From Aulosira sp. ZfuVER01 (lineage in GTDB: Bacteria > Cyanobacteriota > Cyanobacteriia > Cyanobacteriales > Nostocaceae), in contig JAVRCV020000068.1 in the NCBI GenBank assembly GCA_034530615.2, positions 1 to 64,000 of the forward strand: a DNA stretch of 64,000 nt. The letters are read 5' to 3'. The notes under the pieces were generated by a model. That model was not told where the DNA came from and did not search any database. It worked only from the letters and a program-made list of their open reading frames with translations. Of the stretch, positions 9,340-17,790 are shown one piece after another. How positions within the stretch are numbered: position 1 is the first letter of the stretch; each line of letters starts with the position of its first letter. A program made the translations under genes and the position numbers.

Positions 9340-9710
9340 GCTAGTTTTAACTCTACTGAATATTGACTATTGCAATGAGGACATTGTGTGGGTATTTGTA
9401 CATTTCCTTGCTGATTAATCCGATTATAAAATTCTCTGAGATAGGCAATATCATGAAGGAGTAATCCTTCTAACAAATCGGGGCTAACAGAGTTTAAACT
9501 GCCTAAACGTGTAATAACACGGGCGAGCATTACCAATACCTCATAAGCAGGATTTTCCTGAACTTTGCGTTCTTGTTGTACCAAAATTTCATCTTTGGCA
9601 GTAGCTAAACGCATCACACCATGACGATGAACTCGGTTTTGGCTATCAATCAACCCACGGGGAAGAATGAAAGCAAATTCAGTGCTGAGATTATCCTGCT
9701 TGCGACCCAT
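9327..9710 (-). CDS. CIS/phage tail assembly chaperone with C-terminal CPHC motif
   Basis: TEFAFILPRG..HRHGVMRLATAKDEI...DIAYLREFYNRIN...CPHC. Lies downstream of the tube genes. Confidence 0.8.
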   Translation of the reverse strand: MGRKQDNLSTEFAFILPRGLIDSQNRVHRHGVMRLATAKDEILVQQERKVQENPAYEVLVMLARVITRLGSLNSVSPDLLEGLLLHDIAYLREFYNRINQQGNVQIPTQCPHCNSQYSVELKLAGES

Positions 9711-9762
9711 ACCAATTTTAGATTTTAGATTGTAGATTTTGGATTCTGAAGAGTTAGCTTAA

Positions 9763-9791
9763 ATTCCCGACTTCTTGAAGAAGTCGGGAAT
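9763..9791. repeat. Perfect 14-bp-arm palindrome between the chaperone paralogues
   Basis: ATTCCCGACTTCTT-G-AAGAAGTCGGGAAT, preceded by TTTTAGA/TTTTGGA heptamers (9714-9745). Confidence 0.8.
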
Positions 9792-9810
9792 CTCACAGTT
9801 CATAATTGGT

Positions 9811-10155
9811 TTAAGAAGCTGAATTTTGCAATATTTTTACTGTATCTTCTGATTGGGAAGTAGGACTCTCCGAGCCGTTGATTTGACGGTAAAAATCTTG
9901 GAGGTAATTTAAATCTTGGGAGAAAAAGTTTTCCACGATCGCAGGAGTTACTTCCGATAGAGCGCCCAAGAGAGTAATTACCCGTGACAAAATAATAATC
10001 GTGGCATAAGCTTCATTAGCTTTGACTCGTGGATCGCGTAAAGGTGCAATTTCGTCTATCGCTGTTGATAACCGCATTACACCCTTGCGGTGGAGGTTGC
10101 CTTCCGAGTCTAGATACCCTTTAGGCAGTGTAAATTCAAACTCTGTCGGAAACAT
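9811..10155 (-). CDS. CIS/phage tail assembly chaperone paralogue (no CPHC motif)
   Basis: TEFEFTLPKGYLD..HRKGVMRLSTAIDEI...DLNYLQDFYRQIN, clearly paralogous to 9327-9710. AGGAGG Shine-Dalgarno upstream. Confidence 0.8.
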   Translation of the reverse strand: MFPTEFEFTLPKGYLDSEGNLHRKGVMRLSTAIDEIAPLRDPRVKANEAYATIIILSRVITLLGALSEVTPAIVENFFSQDLNYLQDFYRQINGSESPTSQSEDTVKILQNSAS

Positions 10156-10166
10156 AATCCTCCTGA

Positions 10167-10661
10167 TTACTTCACACGCTTAAATTCCTCGAAAGCAATC
10201 TCCAGTTCTTCTATATGTAAATCGGTGCTACGGGCGTTGAAATCAGCCATTTTATAACTAGCAGGCCAAGCACCGGCTAATTCAAATCTCGCTTCTTCTT
10301 GACTTGCCTGATTGTAGATAGACAAAGCCATGAGTTTTCTTTGCTTTGCCCATTTACCATTTTGTACCTCTTCAAACCACTTCCAAAAAACCATAGAGTT
10401 AGCAATTGTACCTCTACGCAGAGTAATATTGCCACTTTTAACATTTCCTGGAAGCTTGGTTCTCACTACTTGACCTTTAGCCGCCGCAGCCCATTTATTA
10501 GCAGTGACTTCACAAATTTCAATTGCATCTTGTGTTCTTTTAAAACCTTGACACTCTAGGAAGTAGCAATCGATATTATCTTTTTGTCCGTCTAGTGTCA
10601 GTCCCAAATAAAATCTATGGGCGGCAAGAATTTCCGGAAGCTTTTCAGTTGCTTGAGCCAC
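10167..10661 (-). CDS. Tail tube protein (T4 gp19-like, Afp1/Afp5 family)
   Basis: KLPGNVKSGNITLRRG, FWKWF, RFELAGAWPASY and IEELEIAFE motifs. Confidence 0.88.
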   Translation of the reverse strand: MAQATEKLPEILAAHRFYLGLTLDGQKDNIDCYFLECQGFKRTQDAIEICEVTANKWAAAAKGQVVRTKLPGNVKSGNITLRRGTIANSMVFWKWFEEVQNGKWAKQRKLMALSIYNQASQEEARFELAGAWPASYKMADFNARSTDLHIEELEIAFEEFKRVK

Positions 10662-10780
10662 TTTTGTTTACCAAATAAAGGCAGAAGGCAGAGGACAGGT
10701 GGCAGAAGGAAAGAATTTGTTTTGCTCTGCCAAAAATGACTATGGCTTTAAACAGTAGTAAATTACAAAATATTTGAATT

Positions 10781-11242
10781 TTACTGAACTCGTTCAATAC
10801 CTTCATGAACTAATTCGACTGTTTCGTTTGCCATATCACCACTAGAAGCTGTTAATGTCGGGCCTGTATATTTCACAGGGTAGCAATTAAGAATATTCCA
10901 ACGAGCTACTTCTTTGAGTTGTTGATTGTAAGCAACTACCGAAGCTGATTTACGATTTTGATCCCACTGACGAGGTTTTCCCATATCCTCGTTACACTTT
11001 TTGTACCATTGGTAAAGGTCTACATCAGCAGTTGCAATTACCTTAATTGTGATATTTGTAAACTTGGTAACTGTCGGAGTTGCTTGCCGCCAGATTTTAC
11101 CGCCTTTGGTGGAGCCATGTACTTCTTGGGCGGGGGTATTTTCTACACCTAAACCGCTGATTTCTTTAATAGATTTCTCTGTAATTCCGTCTGCTTCAAA
11201 ATAAAACAGACAAGCAGCTAATAACTCAGGTTGACCAGGCAT
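10781..11242 (-). CDS. Tail tube protein (T4 gp19-like, Afp1/Afp5 family)
   Basis: EISGLG, KFTNITIK, LYQWY, ARWNILNCYPVKYTGP and ETVELVHEGIER motifs. Confidence 0.88.
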   Translation of the reverse strand: MPGQPELLAACLFYFEADGITEKSIKEISGLGVENTPAQEVHGSTKGGKIWRQATPTVTKFTNITIKVIATADVDLYQWYKKCNEDMGKPRQWDQNRKSASVVAYNQQLKEVARWNILNCYPVKYTGPTLTASSGDMANETVELVHEGIERVQ

Positions 11243-11256
11243 AATTAAACTCCCTA

Positions 11257-11320
11257 TTTTGGATTTTAGATTTTGGATTTTGGATTAAGAACTATCTAAT
11301 CCAAAATTGAAATTTTGAAA
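11257..11320. repeat. STRR-type heptamer repeats (TTTTGGA/TTTTAGA)
   Basis: Tandem TTTTGGA TTTTAGA TTTTGGA TTTTGGA with a partial inverted copy, between the sheath and tube genes. Confidence 0.75.
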
Positions 11321-11343
11321 TTCGATGAACAAAAAAATGCTAT

Positions 11344-13005
11344 TTACTCTTCATCCTCAATGCCATTCCATTGGCTAATTCGGAAGATAACAAACTCTGC
11401 TGGTCTGACTGGGCAAACACCAACTTCAATATATAAACGTCCCAAAATTCTCGTTTCTGGTGGGTTTAATTCCTCATCGCACTTGACATAAAATGCTTGC
11501 TCTGGGGAAGCACCAAATAAAGCACCTTCACGCCAAATTCTTTCTAAGAAGTTGCTCACAGTGCGTTTTACTCTTGCCCATAAATCTTCATCATTGGGTT
11601 CAAAAACTACCCATTGAGTACCCAATTCAATTGATTTTTCTATATAACTAATTAACCGCCGCACACTGATATAACGCCACTCAGTTTTATCTGGTTCAAC
11701 TAAAGTTCTTGCGCCCCAAATGCGAATACCGCGATTGGGGAAGGTACGAATACAGTTAATTCCGAGGGGGTTTAAAAGTTCCTGTTCGCGGAAGTTGGTT
11801 TCATAGCCCAAACCAATCACACCTCTGGGTACTTCGTTGGCTGGTGCTTTATAAACGCCTCTAGTTTCGTCGGTGCGTGCCCACACACCCATGACGTGAC
11901 CGCAAGGTGGGATGAGAATAGGATTACCGCGATCGCGCGGATTCGGAACTTTGATCCAAGGATAATACAGAGCTGCAAACATGGAACGGCGGTTAAATCT
12001 GTTTAACCACTCCACTACCTGTTGAGGTTTGGTCTGTTCTGGTGGTGGGTCGATTAAAACCATGCGGTTGGGTGGATTGGGAATATCACCACTCGCAGAA
12101 CCCTCACACATACTAATCATCAGTTCCATGATGCCGTGGATTTGATCCAAGTTCATCACTTGCGCTTGATAAGCCCGCATTAAATCGGGACAAGCTAGCA
12201 TGGTGATTTCATCAATTTCAAAAATTCCCCGTACCCCTGTCCGGTCATCACGTACCCCTTCAAAATCCTGGGAAAATCTATCGACTGTCTGGGCAACAAT
12301 GGGCGGTGCTAGTTCATACTGGCCATTAGTCGGACGACGAGATAAAGGTTGTCCTGTCTGAGAAATATCTTCTACGTTGATATACATAGAATTTCTCAAG
12401 GCTGTTACTGCATAAGTTCCTACCTGGGCAGGAACTTCGCGGTTCATGGTTAAGTTCTCATATTGTTCTAAAATTTCATCTCCCCGACGAATTTGCACTG
12501 TAAAGTATTCGCCTGTATTGGGGGGTGCTTCTCCTTCAGTACCTTCAGGTAAAGCACGAGGACCGCTATCACTAATCAAGATATCAATCGTACCGCCTGC
12601 TGCTTGTTCGGGGCGCAAAGTAAAACGGATAGCTGGACGATTACCACGACCACTAATTCTGAGGGTAGCAGGTTCTTGGCTTGCAGGCTTGGGTGCGCCT
12701 GGTAACTGCGTACCAATACTTGTCACCCAGCAGCGACCGCCACCATTCATAAAGTAGCCATAGACAGCAAAGGGTAAATAGGCGTTGAAATCGGTGAAGC
12801 CGTCGGAGTTAGGACGGGCAAAATAGTTGAGATATTGCGTCCAATTGGTCACTAACATGGGCTTAAATAGTTCAGCCCCATCACGAATATCTTCGGTAAA
12901 GCCGACAAACCCACCAACTGCGGTACTGACACCTTCTATCGGTCGGCTACCTCGGTCAATTTCTTCAACATAGACACCAGGCGCAAAGTAATCAAGTCTA
13001 GCCAT
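11344..13005 (-). CDS. Contractile tail sheath protein (Afp2/3/4 family)
   Basis: YFAPGVYVEE, AALYYPWIKV, GVYKAPANE, LNPLGINCIR, IWGARTL, WRYISVRR, WVVFEPN and PAEFVIFRI motifs. Confidence 0.95.
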   Translation of the reverse strand: MARLDYFAPGVYVEEIDRGSRPIEGVSTAVGGFVGFTEDIRDGAELFKPMLVTNWTQYLNYFARPNSDGFTDFNAYLPFAVYGYFMNGGGRCWVTSIGTQLPGAPKPASQEPATLRISGRGNRPAIRFTLRPEQAAGGTIDILISDSGPRALPEGTEGEAPPNTGEYFTVQIRRGDEILEQYENLTMNREVPAQVGTYAVTALRNSMYINVEDISQTGQPLSRRPTNGQYELAPPIVAQTVDRFSQDFEGVRDDRTGVRGIFEIDEITMLACPDLMRAYQAQVMNLDQIHGIMELMISMCEGSASGDIPNPPNRMVLIDPPPEQTKPQQVVEWLNRFNRRSMFAALYYPWIKVPNPRDRGNPILIPPCGHVMGVWARTDETRGVYKAPANEVPRGVIGLGYETNFREQELLNPLGINCIRTFPNRGIRIWGARTLVEPDKTEWRYISVRRLISYIEKSIELGTQWVVFEPNDEDLWARVKRTVSNFLERIWREGALFGASPEQAFYVKCDEELNPPETRILGRLYIEVGVCPVRPAEFVIFRISQWNGIEDEE

Positions 13006-13143
13006 GAAATTTTCTCCAAGTCAGTTAAAAAGTAATTAATAAAGGCAGAGGGCAGATGGCAGAAGTGAAAATCCCTTCTTTGGTTCTTTTGCGTTAGCTT
13101 CCTGAAAGGTAGAAACATAAAAGCCTTCTGCCTCCTGCCTTCT

Positions 13144-13983
13144 TCATTCAGGAGTTAGTAAGATTTCTTTGAAGCTATAACTTTGGCTATCCACCAAGAC
13201 ATTGACATTCTGAGGTAAATAGCCAGGACAATTTACTGTCAAAACATAATTACCTATACGAATGTCTTCAAAAAAGAAAAGTCCTTCTTTATTGCTGGCT
13301 GCTGATTTTTTAGTTCTTTGTACAGTTACTTCTGCTTCAACTAAGGGCAGATTGGTGACTGCACTTTTGACCATACCTGCGATCGCTACCCGCCTGGTAA
13401 CAACTGTGCCGTTGCCATTCTCACTCAATTGGTTTTGCAAATTGAAAATGCGTTCCGAAACCAGCGGTACGAGAGTAGATTGCGGCTCAACTGGTATCAT
13501 TGCTGTCACATACAAAGCGGAACGCAAAGGCACATTCAGCGCACTCCATAATGAACCAATCTCAATCGGCGGATCTAAGGCAACTGTTAAAGAAAGATTG
13601 CCGTAACCCCGTAATTCTGGAACCAAATACTCTTCTTGCAAAGCACGATGGCGCAGCAGTACACTTAAGGCTTCGCTGAGTAGGTGATGTTCACCTAAAG
13701 CTGTTCTATCCCATGCCGTTAATAGCATTGAGACATCAAACCAATTAGGCGACCAACTAACAGAGGTCGGCTGTAGACCTCGTGCAGGTTTACGTTCAAC
13801 TTGCCTACCGGATTGTTGAAACTGCTTACTCTCACGAATGTCGTAGACGTACAAATTAAGAGTTGGCCCTGCACCCTCTTCCCGACGATTAATAGGATGA
13901 CTGAAGTCAATTTGCTCTGTACTGGTGAGTGAGGTTCCTCCAGCTAGAATTTCTGCTAAAGTTTGAAGAACGAAGATAAGCAT
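13144..13983 (-). CDS. DUF4255 (Pvc16/Afp16 cap/terminator-like) protein with C-terminal carboxypeptidase-regulatory-like Ig domain
   Basis: LNLYVYDIRE, MLLTAW, EHHLLSEALSVLLRH and LWSALNVPLR motifs. C-terminal GMVKSAVTNLPL...GNYVLTVNCPGY. Confidence 0.8.
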   Translation of the reverse strand: MLIFVLQTLAEILAGGTSLTSTEQIDFSHPINRREEGAGPTLNLYVYDIRESKQFQQSGRQVERKPARGLQPTSVSWSPNWFDVSMLLTAWDRTALGEHHLLSEALSVLLRHRALQEEYLVPELRGYGNLSLTVALDPPIEIGSLWSALNVPLRSALYVTAMIPVEPQSTLVPLVSERIFNLQNQLSENGNGTVVTRRVAIAGMVKSAVTNLPLVEAEVTVQRTKKSAASNKEGLFFFEDIRIGNYVLTVNCPGYLPQNVNVLVDSQSYSFKEILLTPE

Positions 13984-14479
13984 GAAAGTGTTGTGCTGGT
14001 AGCGAATCCAGATGTATCTAGACTATCTGCACCCACCTGCTGAAGTTAATTAGACTTTTGTCGAGATTTTTTTGAGCGATCGCGCTAGGGATATTGCCTT
14101 AATTTTTAGTTATTTTCATCACTAGTTAGTAACAATCAAGTCCGATAAATCGAGTTCAGGACTTTATATATAAAGCAACGCTGATGCTAGTAATAAAGAA
14201 TAGATAATACCTTAGTCGTGTATTTTATTCTTAATTACACGTCTTCTCTGTTTTGCTAACACTCATCTTTATTTTCAATTTATTAGCGAAAATTAGCCAG
14301 CGAAATAAATGTATATAAACTACCATACGATAGTTTACTTCTTGCGCAAAAGAACGTAAACTTATGTGAATCCTAAAACCACACTGCCTAAGTGTGTAGC
14401 CCAGATATTCTTAATTATAGATATCATTCTTGGGTAATTTTTAAGACCAAGTTATGAGATAATTATTTTTTTTAATCTC

Positions 14480-16966
14480 ATGCGTGTAATAATTACTGCC
14501 ATTTTTACTGTTGCGGCTTTTGCTTTACAGGAGTTTCGCTATGAGGCGAAAGCAGCTCCTAAACAGACGAGGTTGATTAAACAGTCTTCTCAGTTGATTG
14601 AAAATTTAGATCGGCAAGCTCATACAACTACAGCGCCGAGTTCTCAAAATTCACCGCAAAGCCCCAACCAGTCAATTCGAGCTATTAATAACATAGTCCC
14701 CGATTCTACCATTCCTAATAATATTTTTACACCTCATTTCCAGGAAATTGCTACTAGTTTAGCTCCGGGCTGGGTAATGCGTTTACCATCTTATAAATTA
14801 CTTGATGACAAGTTACCAGAAGCATCTAAAAAATATACCCTCAAAATAATTCAATCAAGTTCCAAACCCAGCCTTAAAATTAATATTTTTTCCTGCCTAC
14901 AACAAGATAGTTCTTGCTTAGTTGGTACTATTATTACAGATTTTATATCTAATATCGAGGCAGAAAAAGAATTAAAAGAATATCAAAAAACAGCTAAGTC
15001 TATTATCTTATCCTATAATATTCAAGGATATCTGTTAGAACCAGAAAAACAAAATACTCCATCTAATTTTTCTCATCTAATATGGCGGCAGGATAACCAA
15101 ATTTATAAAGTCAGTTTTAGAACGCAGTCTCAGGAAAAGCTGTTAGCAATAGTAAATTCAATGGTTGAGGCTACACCGATTCGTAGCACAAATAGCTTGA
15201 ATGAAACCAGTACACCACCAGGTAAGCTACAAGCAGAAATTGAAGACTCCCCAAAGAATAGTTTAGTTATTCCCAGTCGTCGTCCTGTATTAACCACAGC
15301 TGAACAATTGCGACAGGGAGAGATTTTAACTACTCTTAGACAACGCCGCTTTTTAACACCTGGAGGAGACCGTAGTGATGGACTTACCGATCAACCTACT
15401 ATTGGGTTTAGTTGGGGTGTTACCAATAACTTAGAACTTACCTTAGATGCACAGACAGTTGATAACTCTGGACCTCTTAACCAAGGTGATTTTACTGCTC
15501 AACGTGTAAATCGAGATTTAATTACTAACAGGAATGGGGGGACAAATTTCTTTCAAGAATTAACTTTACAAGCAAAACAAAGACTTTGGCAAAATGAGAA
15601 TGCTACGCAAGCGCTAGGTGGTGTATTTGCTGTTTCTGTAGGGAATGGCGGTCGTCCTTTTCAGTTTTTGAATGATAATAATGATATTGTTGCCTCAGGA
15701 AAAAATCAACAAACAGTTTTTTCTTTAGAACTGCCATATACAATTACACATGATGAAAATTGGCAATTTACTTTATCTCCTAAAATAGCTTTTTTACCTG
15801 AGGATAATGCTTTATATTTAACCAAACCTCCTTTACCAAATTCTGGCTCTTTTGGTACTACATTTGGGCTGGCGGGAGGTGTGAGTTATAAGCTAAATTC
15901 ACGTTTAATATTATGGGGCGATGCCTTTGTACCATTTACAGGTAATAACACAATTAACCGTGATACAGGTTTACCTAGTCGCACCGTTGCTTACAATGCT
16001 GGTTTGAGGTATCTAGTTAATCCTAGATTGTCTACAGATTTATTTGTTTCTAATACTTTAGGTAATACAGGAGCTTTGTCTATATTGGCAGATAAAGAGT
16101 ACACTGCCATAGGCTTTGGCGTAACTGTGTTACCTGGTATTACTAGCGCTAACCTTCGCTACCCGGAACATTTTCGTTCAACTCAGCAACCACCTCCAAC
16201 TACATACGCTGGATTTAGTTCTTTAGATGGGGGTACAGTTCCTCAAAATCAATTATTACTAAGTTTACAAGGGGGAGGACAGGGTATATTATCTGGAATT
16301 CGCTACGGAATACTAGATGATTTAGAAATTGGTGCTTTTCTGGATTATGTTCCAGGTACTATCGATGAGTCTTTATTAGGATTCAGTGGTAAGATTCGCT
16401 ATTTGCACCAAGCTGACGGCGATCCATTTACATTTAGTATTGCCGGAACAATAGCAAGGGCAAATAACCCTTTTGTGAATTTTACAGAAAACAATCGCAA
16501 TAGGTTCCAAGAACTAGGATTGCAAAAGGCAGGATTTGCTTTTAGTAACGAAAAGTATGAACAAGGGGAATTATTTGTTGTTACTATTTCTACTCCCATG
16601 CATTACCAATTTCCAGGTGGAAGTGCAACTTGGTTAACTCCGATTTTGGGGTTTGTACAACGTAGAGGATTAGAAATTGCCGGATTTAATATTGGCGGAT
16701 CGGTTCCTTTGTCGAAAAACTTGCAGGCGATCGCAGAAGTTGGTTTAGACTTAGCAGGTAAAGGTAACGGTTTTATTGGCAACCAGCGCGAAACAATTAT
16801 ACCTTGGACTGTGGGTTTGCGTTGGCATCCGGGTTTATTGTCTGATCTGCAATTAGAAGCATACCTCACTAATCGACTTGGTTCTAGCCCTTTTGATAGC
16901 CTAAGAGTCAAAGCTGACAATGAAACGACAATAGGTGTTGGGCTACTGCTACCTATTCAGTTTTAG
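14480..16966 (+). CDS. Putative outer-membrane protein: periplasmic N-domain + two tandem beta-barrel-like repeats
   Basis: Signal-peptide-like N-terminus, amphipathic beta-strands, an internal duplication (SNTLG.../TNRLG...; LPYTIT/TPMHYQ) and a terminal Phe. Confidence 0.6.
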   Translation: MRVIITAIFTVAAFALQEFRYEAKAAPKQTRLIKQSSQLIENLDRQAHTTTAPSSQNSPQSPNQSIRAINNIVPDSTIPNNIFTPHFQEIATSLAPGWVMRLPSYKLLDDKLPEASKKYTLKIIQSSSKPSLKINIFSCLQQDSSCLVGTIITDFISNIEAEKELKEYQKTAKSIILSYNIQGYLLEPEKQNTPSNFSHLIWRQDNQIYKVSFRTQSQEKLLAIVNSMVEATPIRSTNSLNETSTPPGKLQAEIEDSPKNSLVIPSRRPVLTTAEQLRQGEILTTLRQRRFLTPGGDRSDGLTDQPTIGFSWGVTNNLELTLDAQTVDNSGPLNQGDFTAQRVNRDLITNRNGGTNFFQELTLQAKQRLWQNENATQALGGVFAVSVGNGGRPFQFLNDNNDIVASGKNQQTVFSLELPYTITHDENWQFTLSPKIAFLPEDNALYLTKPPLPNSGSFGTTFGLAGGVSYKLNSRLILWGDAFVPFTGNNTINRDTGLPSRTVAYNAGLRYLVNPRLSTDLFVSNTLGNTGALSILADKEYTAIGFGVTVLPGITSANLRYPEHFRSTQQPPPTTYAGFSSLDGGTVPQNQLLLSLQGGGQGILSGIRYGILDDLEIGAFLDYVPGTIDESLLGFSGKIRYLHQADGDPFTFSIAGTIARANNPFVNFTENNRNRFQELGLQKAGFAFSNEKYEQGELFVVTISTPMHYQFPGGSATWLTPILGFVQRRGLEIAGFNIGGSVPLSKNLQAIAEVGLDLAGKGNGFIGNQRETIIPWTVGLRWHPGLLSDLQLEAYLTNRLGSSPFDSLRVKADNETTIGVGLLLPIQF

Positions 16967-17006
16967 GAACGATATGGGACAATTGACTCTTGTCCCCATG
17001 CTTCCC

Positions 17007-17141
17007 CATTGTGCGATCGTTTATCCGCTAGCTGTACTCAAAAGCAGTAAAAACACTGATGCTGCTAAAGAGTTTGCTCAATATTGAACTAGTAATCAAG
17101 CCAAGATTGGACTTCACAAATTTGGCTTGATTCGGCCTTAA
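17007..17141 (+). pseudogene. Remnant of the 3' end of a molybdate ABC transporter substrate-binding protein gene (modA-like)
   Basis: Translates HCAIVYPLAVLKSSKNTDAAKEFAQY*TSNQAKIGLHKFGLIRP*, matching the ModA C-terminal pattern (IVYP.AV...K...AA..F...L.S..A...L..YGF). Internal TGA at 17085-17087 and no 5' part. Confidence 0.7.
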
Positions 17142-17790
17142 ATTTATCCAATTATCTTGAAAGTAACTGCTAGCATCTGAAACATAAGATATTGAATAGG
17201 TTTGTAGTCAGCACTTCCATGCCTCAAAGTCCAGAACTCTAGTTCCGACTACAAATTCAACCTTCATAACTAATGAAACAATATACGCCACTACTTACCA
17301 CCTATTCATAGGTATTTCAGCTATTTTTTATGACATTTGGCGTTATCGAATTTTGCGATTATAACTGAATAGTGAATTTACCTCTGTCCTTAAGCTGCGC
17401 TCACAAATAGGGACAGAATATCTACCTAATACTACGGGTTGGTAAAACTCTTGACCCGTAATAAAGTTCGTGTGACTTAAGTTTGTCACAAAGTATTCCA
17501 GTATGTAACTACTTATATACTTACTGGAAAACACTAGTCTCTATAAATAATAGTACGGTGAAGCATGGATAATAGGGAATCTTTCACAACTTTAATTTTA
17601 TAAGTAGTAAAGGCTAACAAAGGTCAATGTTAACTCTTGTAAATCCTAGCTTATCAAAGCTTGGAGTCTTTTTGTGTACTCTAATGATAAAACTACTTCC
17701 TCGTCTACCTTGTATTTATAAATACTTTAATATAGGATGAATCAACCCTAGTGTAACGTTATATTTTTTTCAAAGTGTGAGGGATTTACT

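Noticed and set aside
9327..13983. Prophage
   Set aside because: No capsid, portal, terminase, integrase or lysis genes. Gene set and order fit a contractile injection system.
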